Of a stretch of 64,000 nucleotides of DNA, positions 20,961-30,624 are shown in pieces. The DNA comes from an uncultured delta proteobacterium. GTDB lineage: Bacteria; Desulfobacterota; Syntrophorhabdia; Syntrophorhabdales; WCHB1-27. The notes beneath the pieces are model-generated. The model had not been told where the DNA came from. It ran no database searches and was given only the letters and a program-made list of their open reading frames with translations. The stretch is from positions 256,001 to 320,000 of the forward strand of contig CAWEPK010000012.1 in NCBI GenBank assembly GCA_963810935.1, in the 5' to 3' direction. Within the stretch, counting starts at the first letter, position 1. Every line of letters begins with the position of its first letter. The position numbers and the translations under genes were made by a program.

Positions 20961-21223
20961 GCGGCGTTCCTTCCCCAGCGTCTTGCCTCTGAACCAGTCG
21001 AGGGACTGCAAAGAAGAAACGACCAGGGCCGTGGAGTAGTGCAGCAGGTGGTCTACATGGAGTTTTACGGTACCCTGGTCCGGCGAGCGCGGGTCGGGAA
21101 CTGCCTTCTTCGGCCACAGCCTGCCTTTCGGGCTCATCGACGAAAGCCATCCTTTCATTTTTAAACCTGCTTGTGGTTGACAGGACGTGCTTACCGGCCG
21201 GCCGCTCTTTCGCGGCGAGACCG

Positions 21224-21496
21224 CTATTGCGCCATAATGAGGTCGATCTCGAACTGCGGGCAGTTTTCGAACCCTACCAGGTTGGCTCTGCCGGTGAGGG
21301 GGCAGCACTTGCCGCAGTGCGCCCATTTTGTGCACGTCACCGGCCCCTGGCATAGCTCAGTGGAGGAGGCGTCGAACCAGCCGCATTCGCCGCACGTCGG
21401 CCCGTCTTTCCGGCACGCGGGCCTGCCCGCGAAGAGGACTTCCAGGTCCTCCAGAGTGTACGGCACGCCGGTTCCGTAATCGAAAACCTCTTCCAT
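21224..21496 (-). CDS. Small Cys-rich hypothetical protein
   Basis: 90 aa with 9 Cys (CGEC, CGKCC); GAGG RBS. Confidence 0.55.
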   Translation of the reverse strand: MEEVFDYGTGVPYTLEDLEVLFAGRPACRKDGPTCGECGWFDASSTELCQGPVTCTKWAHCGKCCPLTGRANLVGFENCPQFEIDLIMAQ

Positions 21497-21787
21497 CAGA
21501 CCGCCTCGCTTGATAGTTTTCGTTCGGTAACGGGGGTCGCCCGGAGGTTCCGCGGCCCACAATCCGTATCCTACAAGAATCATGCCTCTTATCGTCCGTT
21601 TACGAAAATCCCTTAAGGACAGCCGGAAAACAGCCTGTACCGGCCAGCTTTCGGACGGGCAAATCCGTCTTGCACAGTGAGACTATGTCTTGTGCAGCAA
21701 GACAGACTATCTCGTCGCGCAAGACAAAAACACCGCTTGAACAGGATCGAGAGGTCGCGTCGGGGAAGCGATATTAAAGCGGAATGG

Positions 21788-22231
21788 CTAAGGGCAGGGA
21801 CCGACCTTGACGGTCATAGCCGAGCCGCCGGGCACGAGGCCCTTGAGGCGCAGCGGCCTGCCTGCCACGGTCAGCACGTGGTTTGAGTAATCGGCGCTCC
21901 TTATCCTGATCTCGCGGGCCTTGTGGCGCACAGATGCGACGCCCGTCCCGTCCGTTTGCAGGCCGTAATACTCGAAGACGCCGGCAGACGGGCTCTCCAC
22001 CCGGACAGTCGATATCCCCTCCACCGGATCGTACACATAGGTCTCCTCCACCGGCGCCAGGTATATCGAGTTGATGAACTTCAGGCTGAACTCTCTCCCC
22101 GCCTCCAACGGCATAGCAGCCAGCACTTTTTCCGGCTCGCTGCCGGCGACGATGACGCAAAGGCCCGCCGCGCGGGCGGATAGCGGACAAAACATCATGA
22201 GCATAATCAATAACAAAACGCGGACAGGCAT
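21788..22231 (-). CDS. DUF1850-like exported protein
   Basis: Signal peptide; FSLKFINSIYLAPVEETY. Confidence 0.65.
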   Translation of the reverse strand: MPVRVLLLIMLMMFCPLSARAAGLCVIVAGSEPEKVLAAMPLEAGREFSLKFINSIYLAPVEETYVYDPVEGISTVRVESPSAGVFEYYGLQTDGTGVASVRHKAREIRIRSADYSNHVLTVAGRPLRLKGLVPGGSAMTVKVGPCP

Positions 22232-22296
22232 AACGAAAACACTTACTCTTTTTCCGAAGCCTCTGTCAAGCCGGTCGCGAACCCATCGCTATCTCA

Positions 22297-22330
22297 CCCT
22301 CACCCCGCCCTCTCCCCTCAAGGGAGAGGG
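22297..22330 (+). repeat. REP-like palindrome CCCTCACCCCGCCCTCTCCC-N5-GGGAGAGGG
   Basis: Perfect 9-bp stem CCCTCTCCC/GGGAGAGGG with a leading CCCTCACCCC. Confidence 0.6.
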
Positions 22331-22371
22331 AGAGCCGTGCAATCAACGGGTGGTTTAGTCGTGGGGAGGCA

Positions 22372-22518
22372 CGCCGGGGTTCGGGTGGCCTGAGCTATTT
22401 TCGATGGGATTCGCGTTGCTTTTCGAAGGCGCGCGGCGGAGCGTACTACTGTACGTGAGCACGCCGCGCCGAGAAAACGACGCGAAGACCGCGAAAAGAG
22501 CCAGGCCACCCGGACCCC
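22372..22518 (+). repeat. Intergenic repeat family A copy
   Basis: Terminal IR GGGGTTCGGGTGGCCTG / CAGGCCACCCGGACCCC; core GGAGCGTACTACTGTACGTGAGCACG; close to the reverse complement of 53671-53812. Confidence 0.85.
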
Positions 22519-22585
22519 TATACCGGCAGCTCATTATTCGCTATACTATAGCGAATAATGAGCCCAACTTCATACAGCATGCAAG

Positions 22586-23584
22586 ATGGAGCAGCCTGAT
22601 TGTACCCCTGTCTGGCTCATGCGCCAGGCCGGGCGCTACATGGCTGAATACCGCGCCCTGCGTCAAAAGCACTCGTTCATCGAGATGTGCAAGACGCCGG
22701 ATCTCGCTACAGAAGTCACGCTCCAGCCGGTCCTTAGGTTCGACCTCGACGCAGCCATCATTTTTTCGGACATACTCCTGCCCCTGGAAGCCATGGGCGC
22801 GGGCCTCCATTACGACGACGATATCGGCCCCGTCGTCGAAAGGCCTGTCCGCTCGATTGCAGACGTCGAGGCGCTGCGCGTGTTCGACCCTGTGCGCGAC
22901 TTGCCGTATCTTTTCGACGCCATACGCGCGGTCCGCTCGGCCCTGGCAGGCCGCATACCGCTTATCGGCTTCGCCGGAGCGCCTTTCACGCTCGCCGCAT
23001 ATCTTATCGAAGGCGGGGCCTCCAGGCACTACCAGGCGACCAAAGCGTTCATGTACAGGGAGCCTGCCGCCTTCCGCCTCCTCATGGAGAAGCTGACTGA
23101 CGTCTGCGCTTCCGTCCTGAACGCGCAGATCGCATCAGGCGCGCAGGCCGTCCAGGTCTTCGACAGTTGGGTAGGCACGCTTGGCGCGGCAGATTACGCG
23201 GGGCAGGTCATGGACCACTCCGTCCGCCTTTTCGACGCCCTGGACAAATCGGTGCCGAGCATCCATTTCGGCGTCGATACCTTCCACCTTCTGCCCCTCA
23301 TGAAGCGCGCAGGAGGAGACGTGACCGGCGTAGACTGGCGCGTCCCCATCGACATGGCCTGGGACGTGCTGGGGCACGACCGGCCCATCCAGGGCAACCT
23401 CGACCCCGCCGTGCTCCTGGGGCCCGAAGCCTACATCGAAGAGCAGGTGAAAGAGATCGTGAGGCGGGCAGGGACGGCCGGGGGCCACATATTCAACCTC
23501 GGCCACGGCGTCCTGCCGGAGACGCCGGTGGAGGCCGTCGATCTCCTCGTGCACAAGGTGCACCAGTACGGGCGTGCGACATGA
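22586..23584 (+). CDS. hemE: Uroporphyrinogen decarboxylase
   Basis: PVWLMRQAGRY, AAIIFSDIL and HIFNLGHG motifs; true start probably slightly upstream. Confidence 0.95.
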   Translation: MEQPDCTPVWLMRQAGRYMAEYRALRQKHSFIEMCKTPDLATEVTLQPVLRFDLDAAIIFSDILLPLEAMGAGLHYDDDIGPVVERPVRSIADVEALRVFDPVRDLPYLFDAIRAVRSALAGRIPLIGFAGAPFTLAAYLIEGGASRHYQATKAFMYREPAAFRLLMEKLTDVCASVLNAQIASGAQAVQVFDSWVGTLGAADYAGQVMDHSVRLFDALDKSVPSIHFGVDTFHLLPLMKRAGGDVTGVDWRVPIDMAWDVLGHDRPIQGNLDPAVLLGPEAYIEEQVKEIVRRAGTAGGHIFNLGHGVLPETPVEAVDLLVHKVHQYGRAT

Positions 23585-24480
23585 AGACACAGGTATTACT
23601 AGTCAATTTCGGAGCGCCGGGGACCGCCGCCGAGGTGGCGCCTTTTTTAAGGGGGCTTACGGGCCGCGACGCCCCGCCCGAGGCAATCGAAGCCTTGCAG
23701 GAGAGGTACCGGGCCATCGGCGGCTCACCCCTCACCACTATCACGCAGGAGCAGGCCGCGGCCCTCGCTGCGGATACGGGCCTTCCAGTCTCTTGCGCCT
23801 TCAGGTACACCTCGCCTACCCTCGAAGAGGCGATCAACGGCTGCTACATGTCGGGCATGGAGCGCATCGTTTTTTTCGTCATGTCCCCTTTTTACAACTC
23901 CCGGACCGTCGGCGCATACGTGAGGACGGCCGGGACGTATATCCCGCTTTTGCCTTTTAACCCGGACGTCGTCTTCGTCCATAGCTGGTACGCGTCCGAC
24001 GCGTTCAGGCAGGCATGGGCGCAAAGGATCCGCGAGCACGCAGCCGCAGGCCAGGCGGAGGCAGGCAGCGCCTTTTACCTGTTTTCCGCGCACAGCCTGC
24101 CCCTCTCATGCAAAGGCGAGCCTTACTTCGCCCAGGTGGAGGAGACGGCTTCCGACATCGCGTCGCGCCTCGGCCTTCCCGCCTCCCGCTGGGGCCTCGC
24201 GTGGCAGAGCGCGCCCGCGTCGCCCGAAGAGCCGTGGATGGGGCCGTACGTTGAAGAGACGATGGACGGAGCAGCCAAAAATGCGTCGGCCGTGATCGAG
24301 GCGCCGGTGGGCTTCGTCAGCGACCACCTGGAGACGCTCTACGATATCGATATCGTCCACGCGCGCTATGCGGCATCGCTGGGGCTCGCATTTTCGCGCG
24401 TGCCATCCCTTAACACGTACCCGCCTTTCATGGCAGCCTGCAAAGCCGTCCTCCTGGAGCGGCTCGCACAGGGGCAATAA
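23581..24480 (+). CDS. hemH: Ferrochelatase (HemH/CpfC)
   Basis: LLVNFGAP, YRAIGGSPL, FSAHSLP, WQS and GFVSDHLETLYDID motifs; ATGA overlap with hemE. Confidence 0.92.
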   Translation: MKTQVLLVNFGAPGTAAEVAPFLRGLTGRDAPPEAIEALQERYRAIGGSPLTTITQEQAAALAADTGLPVSCAFRYTSPTLEEAINGCYMSGMERIVFFVMSPFYNSRTVGAYVRTAGTYIPLLPFNPDVVFVHSWYASDAFRQAWAQRIREHAAAGQAEAGSAFYLFSAHSLPLSCKGEPYFAQVEETASDIASRLGLPASRWGLAWQSAPASPEEPWMGPYVEETMDGAAKNASAVIEAPVGFVSDHLETLYDIDIVHARYAASLGLAFSRVPSLNTYPPFMAACKAVLLERLAQGQ

Positions 24481-25887
24481 TGCGGGTCGCAATCGTCGGC
24501 AGCGGAGTCTCCGCCCTCGCCTGCGCAGTAGCGCTCAAAGAGAAAGGCATAGAGTTCACCGTCTTTGAGAGCGCGCCCGTCCCCGGCGGCAAGCTCCGCA
24601 CGGAGGAGATAGACGGCTTCACCGTTGAGGCGGGGCCGGACAGCTTCCTCCCCGAAAAATACTGGACGGTCGATCTCATACGGCGCGTGGGCCTCGCGGC
24701 CGATCTTCTCCCTACGAACGACGAGCACAAGGGGACATATATCTATTCCGGCGGACGCCTCCACAGGCTGCCCGACGGCGTGATGCTTATGGTCCCGACG
24801 ATGATCATGCCCCTTGCCCGCTCGCGCCTCATATCCTGGCCGGGGAAGCTGCGCATGGGAATGGAGACCTTCGTCCCCGCCAAAAAAGACGGCTCCGACG
24901 AGAGCCTGGCGAGCTTCGTCACCAGAAGGCTCGGCAGGGAGTGCCTGGAGAAGATCGCGGAACCTCTCGTCGCGGGGATCCATACATCCGACCCTCAGGA
25001 CATGAGCGTGAATGCCGTCTTCCCCAGATTTACGGAGATGGAGCGGACGAAGGGAAGCCTCATCAGGGCGATGGCGGCAGCTTCAAAGAAAAGGCCGGGG
25101 CGGGGCGCGGGCAAGGCAGGCGGCGCAAGCGCTGCCCCCATGACATATTTCATGTCCCTTAAACACGGCATGGGGCAGTTAGGCGAGGCGTGCGTGGCTT
25201 TCGCCGGCAGCGGCGCTTTTCGCACTTCCTGCGAGGTCACCCGCATAACAAAGGCGGCGGCAGGGTTCAATATAGAGGCGGGGTGCGAAAAAGCAGCCTT
25301 CGACGCAGTCGTCATCTCTACCCCGTCTTACGTGACAAGCAGGATCGTAGCGGACATGGCCCCGGACCTGGCCCGCCTGCTCGACGCCATCCAGTGGTCT
25401 TCGACTGCGACCGTTTCGCTCGCCTTTAATGAAAAAGACGCGCCGCGACTGCCGGGCTTCGGCTTCATCGTGCCCAGGACGGAAAAAAGGCGGATCAACG
25501 CTGCGACGTGGAGACTCGGTAAAGTGGCGCTACAGGGCCCCCGCCGGGAGCCTCCTCGTGAGGGCGTTCGTGGGCGGCGCGGGGCGGGCGGACCTCGCTT
25601 CGGCGGGCGACGCAGAGATCGTGCGCATAGTCGCCGAAGAGCTGCGCGAGATCGCCGGTATCGGCGCAAACGCGCTTTTTGCACGCGTTTACCGCTGGCC
25701 CCGGTCGATGCCCCGCTACACGGTCGGCCACCTCGACCGCGTCGATGCCATCGACAGGTGCGCAGCCGCGTTCCCCGGACTGCATCTTATAGGAGCGTCG
25801 CTGCGCGGCATAGGCATAGGGGACTGCGTAAGGAGCGGGTTCAACGCTGCAGAAGGAATAGCCAAAGCTTTTTCTTCCTCTTTATGA
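24480..25887 (+). CDS. hemY: HemY-type proto/coproporphyrinogen oxidase (frameshift near 25515)
   Basis: IVGSGVSAL, EAGPDSF, GFGFIVP, MPRYTVGH and GIGIGDC motifs. Confidence 0.9.
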
Positions 25888-25944
25888 GGGGGTGGCTCCG
25901 CGAGCTTTGCTCGTGGAGGGGGCGACGATAGCCCCGATAATTGC
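25881..25944 (+). repeat. Intergenic repeat family B (short form)
   Basis: 59/64 identical to the reverse complement of 60600-60663. Confidence 0.9.
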
Positions 25945-26077
25945 CAGGTGCGCAGCCGCGTTCCCCGGACTGTATCTCATAGGAGCGTCGCTGCGCGGCA
26001 TAGGCATAGGGGACTGCGTAAGGAGCGGCTTCAACGCGGCAGAAGGAATTACACAGTCTGCGATAGAGGGAATTTGA
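25945..26077 (+). repeat. Duplicated 3' end of hemY
   Basis: 25945-26049 matches 25755-25859 at 101/105 nt. Confidence 0.92.
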
Positions 26078-26148
26078 CCCGGAAGCGCGGTTGGCGTACC
26101 GCGCCTTCGGGTCACTTGAGAATCGCGAATAGCAGGGAAAACAAGACG

Positions 26149-26601
26149 TTAATCCGCGGCGGGGTTGCTGGCGGATTCTTCTTCACTGTCCCCGAAATCA
26201 GCGTTGTTGCTGCCGCCCGACGACCCCATCTGGCTTCCGGTGCCGTACGAGCCTGCGCCCGGGGAACCCATCTGGCTTCCCGTGCTGCCCGGCGTCCCGC
26301 CATAGGTGCCGGGGGATGCGCCGTTCGGTCCCATTTGGCTGCCGCCCGGTCCCATCTGGCTGCCTGTGCCCATTTGGCTACCTGTGCCGCCGTACGCGCC
26401 TGTGCCTCCGGCAACTCCACTGCCTGTGCCTCCGGCAACACCGGGGCCGGTGCCTCCGGCCATGCCTCCGCCCGTGCCTCCTGCTGCTCCACCCATACCT
26501 CCACCTGCGCCACCCGCGCCCTGCGCGGACGCCATGTCAGGCCCTATAAAGGGCAGGCAAATCATGAGCCCTGCGAGTCCGATCAGTAAAACCAACTTCA
26601 T
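26149..26601 (-). CDS. Secreted Gly-rich low-complexity protein with GSQMG repeats
   Basis: Signal peptide, GGAGG RBS, repeated (G/T)GSQMG. Confidence 0.7.
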   Translation of the reverse strand: MKLVLLIGLAGLMICLPFIGPDMASAQGAGGAGGGMGGAAGGTGGGMAGGTGPGVAGGTGSGVAGGTGAYGGTGSQMGTGSQMGPGGSQMGPNGASPGTYGGTPGSTGSQMGSPGAGSYGTGSQMGSSGGSNNADFGDSEEESASNPAAD

Positions 26602-26697
26602 TCCATACCTCCTTCTCTTTCAGGCGTTTTAAATTGCCCGAAGCGTTGCTGCGCCCCGGTGCACGCCCTCTTCCGGATCGTGCCGTCAAAACAGGCG

Positions 26698-27099
26698 CTA
26701 CGGCCTTGGGCCGGCTGCTTCAGGGCTTCCCTGCCCTGCCCCGGCGCCCGGCCCCCCGCCTGTGCCTCCGGGACTGGCTGGAGGCGTCAGGACCGGACCG
26801 GGCGCCGGCGTATACGACTCACCGAAGGGCACCGGGCCCGTCGCCGGATCGACATCGGGGGTCTGGCTGGCAAACGACTCCCCCTCATATCCTCCGGGCG
26901 CGGCGCTCATGGTCCCTTCGGCGCTGCCTCTGGTGCCCACGTCACTCGGGCTGAGACCGGGTGGAATACCCGGCGGCGTCTCCGTTGTGTCACCGAACTC
27001 CTGGCCATAGGCCAAGGCGGCAGGAATCGCCAGAAGGCCCAGCAACGCGACCATGCACCGGAGCACCTGTTTTGCGGCTCCTTTCCGTTTCCGTTCCAT
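26698..27099 (-). CDS. Secreted Pro/Gly-rich low-complexity protein
   Basis: Signal-like segment followed by a P/G/T-rich tail; start uncertain. Confidence 0.5.
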   Translation of the reverse strand: MERKRKGAAKQVLRCMVALLGLLAIPAALAYGQEFGDTTETPPGIPPGLSPSDVGTRGSAEGTMSAAPGGYEGESFASQTPDVDPATGPVPFGESYTPAPGPVLTPPASPGGTGGGPGAGAGQGSPEAAGPRP

Positions 27100-27264
27100 A
27101 GAGTGTGAACATAAACACCATTTCCACCATGTCAACGTCAGCAGAATATCTCTTAAAGCACATGCTTTGGGCCGCGTAAATCCCGGCCCTCGCAAATTGC
27201 TTGCGAAAGGGCATCCCGCCCCTTATGTTTCATTTGCAGCCACTTTTTTTAATGAGAGGAGGAG

Positions 27265-27819
27265 ATGATGAAAATTCTTGGTTTTGCAGGAAGTCTGCGG
27301 GCGGCTTCCTTTAACAGGTCGCTCCTGAAGGCGGCCGTCGAGCTGGCACCTGTCGGCATGGACATAGAGACGTTCGACCTCTCCGGCATACCGCCCTTCA
27401 ATCAGGAACTGGAGGCGCAGCCGCCGGAGGCGGTAAAGAATTTCAAGACAGCCATCAGGGCGGCCGACGCTATCCTTATCGCCACGCCCGAATATAATTA
27501 TTCGATCCCCGGCGTTCTCAAGAACGCCATCGATTCCGCGTCGCGCCCTTACGGCGACAACGCCTTCGACGGAAAGCCGGTCGCCATCATGGGCGCCTCC
27601 ATCGGCGCGTTCGGCTCGGCAAGGGCCAAGTACCAACTGCGGCAGAGCTTCGTCTTCCTCAACATGTACCCGCTTAACCGGCCTGAAGTGATGGTCGCAT
27701 CGGCGCAAGACAAGTTCGATGGGTCGGGCAGGCTGACGGATGAGCCGACGCGGCAGCGCGTTAAAGAGACTGTTAGAGGCCCTGGCCGTGTGGACGAAGA
27801 GAATGTCGCGGTGAAATAG
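27265..27819 (+). CDS. NADPH-dependent FMN reductase (ChrR/SsuE family)
   Basis: GSLRAASFN and TPEYNYSIPGVLKNAID motifs; probable frameshift near the 3' end. Confidence 0.9.
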   Translation: MMKILGFAGSLRAASFNRSLLKAAVELAPVGMDIETFDLSGIPPFNQELEAQPPEAVKNFKTAIRAADAILIATPEYNYSIPGVLKNAIDSASRPYGDNAFDGKPVAIMGASIGAFGSARAKYQLRQSFVFLNMYPLNRPEVMVASAQDKFDGSGRLTDEPTRQRVKETVRGPGRVDEENVAVK

Positions 27820-28001
27820 CGCGGGATTACCGCAAGAAAAAGACCGTTATTTACATAACAAAGCGGGGACTTTTAAGCCTGCTCTACTCCCGTATCTCTT
27901 TTCCGCAACGCCTGCATCTTTCCGCGTTCCCCTCAATCCATCCCTTGCAGTGCGGGCACCGCTTCATGGGGAATTCGCCCGACTCATATTTGGCTCTAAC
28001 T

Positions 28002-28241
28002 TCAATGAGGAAACCCAGCCTTTTTATGCTCATCAAGTGGCAATATAGCGCATCTGCATTCATTGTGGAAAGGAGGGAAATCATCCGTTGTGGCTGTCGC
28101 TATCCTTATTTTCTTGTTAGCCTTGGATTCGCACATAGGGCAGCAATCTGGAGGCGGGCTTATCTCAAAGTATTCAATCCCGCCTTGAGCCCATTCTTTC
28201 AACCGTTTTTTAAAAAATAACTTGCCTGCGTATGCTCCCAT
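28002..28241 (-). CDS. Small protein with a phage Mu gpF-like Cys/His motif
   Basis: CCPMC...PPFHNECRC in an AT-rich islet. Confidence 0.5.
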   Translation of the reverse strand: MGAYAGKLFFKKRLKEWAQGGIEYFEISPPPDCCPMCESKANKKIRIATATTDDFPPFHNECRCAILPLDEHKKAGFPH

Positions 28242-28249
28242 GCAGGTTT

Positions 28250-28582
28250 TTATTCCTTCTGACTTTTTGGAGGCTTACCAGGTTTAAATTTTTCAGCGCG
28301 CTCCCGTATCTCGCTGAAAAACTTCGCAAGGTTTATCCGTTTATTTTCCTGATTCTGCTCAACAAGAAATGTGATCCTGTCATTGAGCGCCGTGTTTGCC
28401 GCTTGAAGTTTACCAACTTTTCTTGCACACCTCCGATTTTCCGTCTCCAGCGCGGCAACATAATGCTGAATCTCAGCGTCACACAGCTTGAGTTTTGCTC
28501 TCAAAGACGCCATGGGGTCAGTATCTTCAATAGCTTGAGGTACTCTTTTAGGAACTTGTTTCTTGCTTTTAGGGCTGTGCAT
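28250..28582 (-). CDS. Hypothetical coiled-coil protein
   Basis: 110-aa ORF with a heptad-like middle. Confidence 0.5.
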   Translation of the reverse strand: MHSPKSKKQVPKRVPQAIEDTDPMASLRAKLKLCDAEIQHYVAALETENRRCARKVGKLQAANTALNDRITFLVEQNQENKRINLAKFFSEIRERAEKFKPGKPPKSQKE

Positions 28583-28650
28583 TAATGTTCACCGTCAGCC
28601 TTTGCCGGTCTGTCACGTTCTTACCCATCTTTAAAACGAGTGCCCCATGT

Positions 28651-28923
28651 CTAAGAACCCCCACTGCCCTTTGTTCCTTCGTGCCATTCTGTATCTTGAG
28701 TCAAAATTGTATAAGTATAGGACAAATTATCAATGGTGTATAGAACATCATAGAGAGCCGTCAATCCCTCATTTAGCGGAATCAGCAGTGTGTTTTCTCC
28801 GAGGATTTGAACAGTTGGGGTACGGCTTGCTAGGGCCTCCAATCGCGAGGCACATCCAGTGTATGTGTTTGTATCGGCTTTTTTCACGACCAGCAGAATC
28901 GAGTAGGTCTTTGGGTTAGTCAT
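28651..28923 (-). CDS. Hypothetical protein
   Basis: 90-aa ORF with AAGGGG RBS, first of a co-oriented cluster. Confidence 0.5.
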   Translation of the reverse strand: MTNPKTYSILLVVKKADTNTYTGCASRLEALASRTPTVQILGENTLLIPLNEGLTALYDVLYTIDNLSYTYTILTQDTEWHEGTKGSGGS

Positions 28924-29108
28924 GATAAGTCCCCTTTTTTCGATGATTTAGTCATCCACGAATTTCGATTCTTTCACAGAGGCGACGGGAATGTCAAAGG
29001 AAATTATGACTCTTAGAAAGGCCCGGCTTGATATATATTAGAGGCTACGTATATTTTTGATATTGTTTCATAAAAAATAATAAACGAGATGCGCGGACTT
29101 AGGCCTCT

Positions 29109-30485
29109 TTATACCGCCTCGGCGGTCGCCCGGTCGAGGATGTTCCATATCCTCTCCAGCCAGTCGAGGTGCTCCGGCTTCATCAGTACGGACCGCAGGC
29201 ACGTGACGGTCTCTCTGTCCCGCTCGATCCCCGCCCGCGCTACATCGAAGAAACCGACAGGCAGCTCGGCAAGCGCCAGGTGAAGGTTGTGCGCCGCGGC
29301 CTTCTCGAAGATCGCCCGCGCAGTCTCCGACGACGCGCTCACGGAAGATGCCCTTGCCATCCAGACGACGATATCGATCTCGGGCGCAAAGGCCGTCAGG
29401 AACCTTTTGTCGCTGCGAAGCCTTTTGTACAGGGCCAGCGCCGCCTTCCTTGATTTTTCGAGACCCTTCGCGAACGAACCGCCTTTTTTAAGCGGGAGGA
29501 GCTGCTGCGTTGCCCATAGGGCGCAGGCGGCAGCGCCGGGGCGCGAGCACTCAAGGCTGATCTCGCCTAAGTGAAGCTCTTTGGAGCTGAAATATGTGTA
29601 GGGAGAGTCGTGCTTGTAGAGGCTGCCGACGGACCGGTCGCGGAAAAGCACGCAGCCGCACCCATAAGGCTGAAGGCCGTGCTTGTGGGGGTCGATGACG
29701 ATGGAATCGGCCTCGCCAAGCCTGTCGAAGCTGCGGCGGGCGGTAGGGTTAAGGTTGCCCGCAAGGCGGAAGTAGCCGCCGTAGGCTGCGTCCACGTGAA
29801 GGCGGAAGCCGTACCGGGCGCGCAGGTCGAGTATCTCGGGCAGCGGGTCGACGGCGCCCGTTGCCGTTGTGCCGGCCGTTGCGACGACCGTCCCTATCCC
29901 GCCATTTGCCAGGCGCCGTTCGAGGGCTTTCATGTCCATCCTGCCGCGCCTGTCCGCGCCGACCGGCTCGAAGGGCAGCTTCAGCACTCCGCTGATGCGC
30001 TGGTGCGTATAATGGGCCTGCTGCGATGCCACGATGGTCTCGCCGGGGCGCAACTGCCCCGCGACCCAGAGGGCCTCCAGGTTGGCCATGGTCCCGCCGC
30101 TGGACAGGTGGCCGAGGTGCGCCTTCCAGCCGACCATGCGGGCAAGCGCGGCTACGGCTTCTTTTTCCATCGCGGAGCTTGCCCGTCCGCCGTCGAGGGC
30201 GTGGTTGTTCGGGTTGATCCACATGGCGAGGGCGTAGGCAGCGCGCGCAACGGGATGGGGGGCTTTTAACATCTGGCCCGCGTACAGGGGATGAAAGTAA
30301 GGGTAGTTGTCGCGCATCCGCCCGGCGACCTTGAGGAGCACGTCCTCGACGGCACCCGCGCCGGGTTCCGGGAAATCGAGCGGCGGCAGGTCCGCAAACC
30401 CTGCCTCAAGCGCCTCAAGCGCTTTCGCAAGGCTCGCAAGGGTGCGCTTCTCGAAAAGGGACGGGCGTTGCCGTTTCTCACGCAT
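29109..30485 (-). CDS. Group II PLP-dependent amino acid decarboxylase
   Basis: GGTMANLEAL, GTTATGAVD, HVDAAYGG and DPHKHG motifs. Confidence 0.9.
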   Translation of the reverse strand: MREKRQRPSLFEKRTLASLAKALEALEAGFADLPPLDFPEPGAGAVEDVLLKVAGRMRDNYPYFHPLYAGQMLKAPHPVARAAYALAMWINPNNHALDGGRASSAMEKEAVAALARMVGWKAHLGHLSSGGTMANLEALWVAGQLRPGETIVASQQAHYTHQRISGVLKLPFEPVGADRRGRMDMKALERRLANGGIGTVVATAGTTATGAVDPLPEILDLRARYGFRLHVDAAYGGYFRLAGNLNPTARRSFDRLGEADSIVIDPHKHGLQPYGCGCVLFRDRSVGSLYKHDSPYTYFSSKELHLGEISLECSRPGAAACALWATQQLLPLKKGGSFAKGLEKSRKAALALYKRLRSDKRFLTAFAPEIDIVVWMARASSVSASSETARAIFEKAAAHNLHLALAELPVGFFDVARAGIERDRETVTCLRSVLMKPEHLDWLERIWNILDRATAEAV

Positions 30486-30624
30486 AATAGTTTATATCGT
30501 GATCCGGTGTGATTCGCAAGTAGGGGACGTCGGCGGCCGGGGGCGATTCTTCGCTTGGAATCGCGTTTCATTCGTGCAATAGTATAAATATCGACACAAT
30601 TGCGTACTCAACCGGGACAGCGCA

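Noticed and set aside
25755..26049. hemY duplication as a DGR template/variable repeat pair
   Set aside because: Differences are not adenine-specific on either strand, are mostly synonymous, and no reverse transcriptase is present in the window.
26220..26480. Short direct repeats as a CRISPR array
   Set aside because: They are in-frame codon repeats of the Gly-rich protein, irregularly spaced, with no unique spacers or cas genes.
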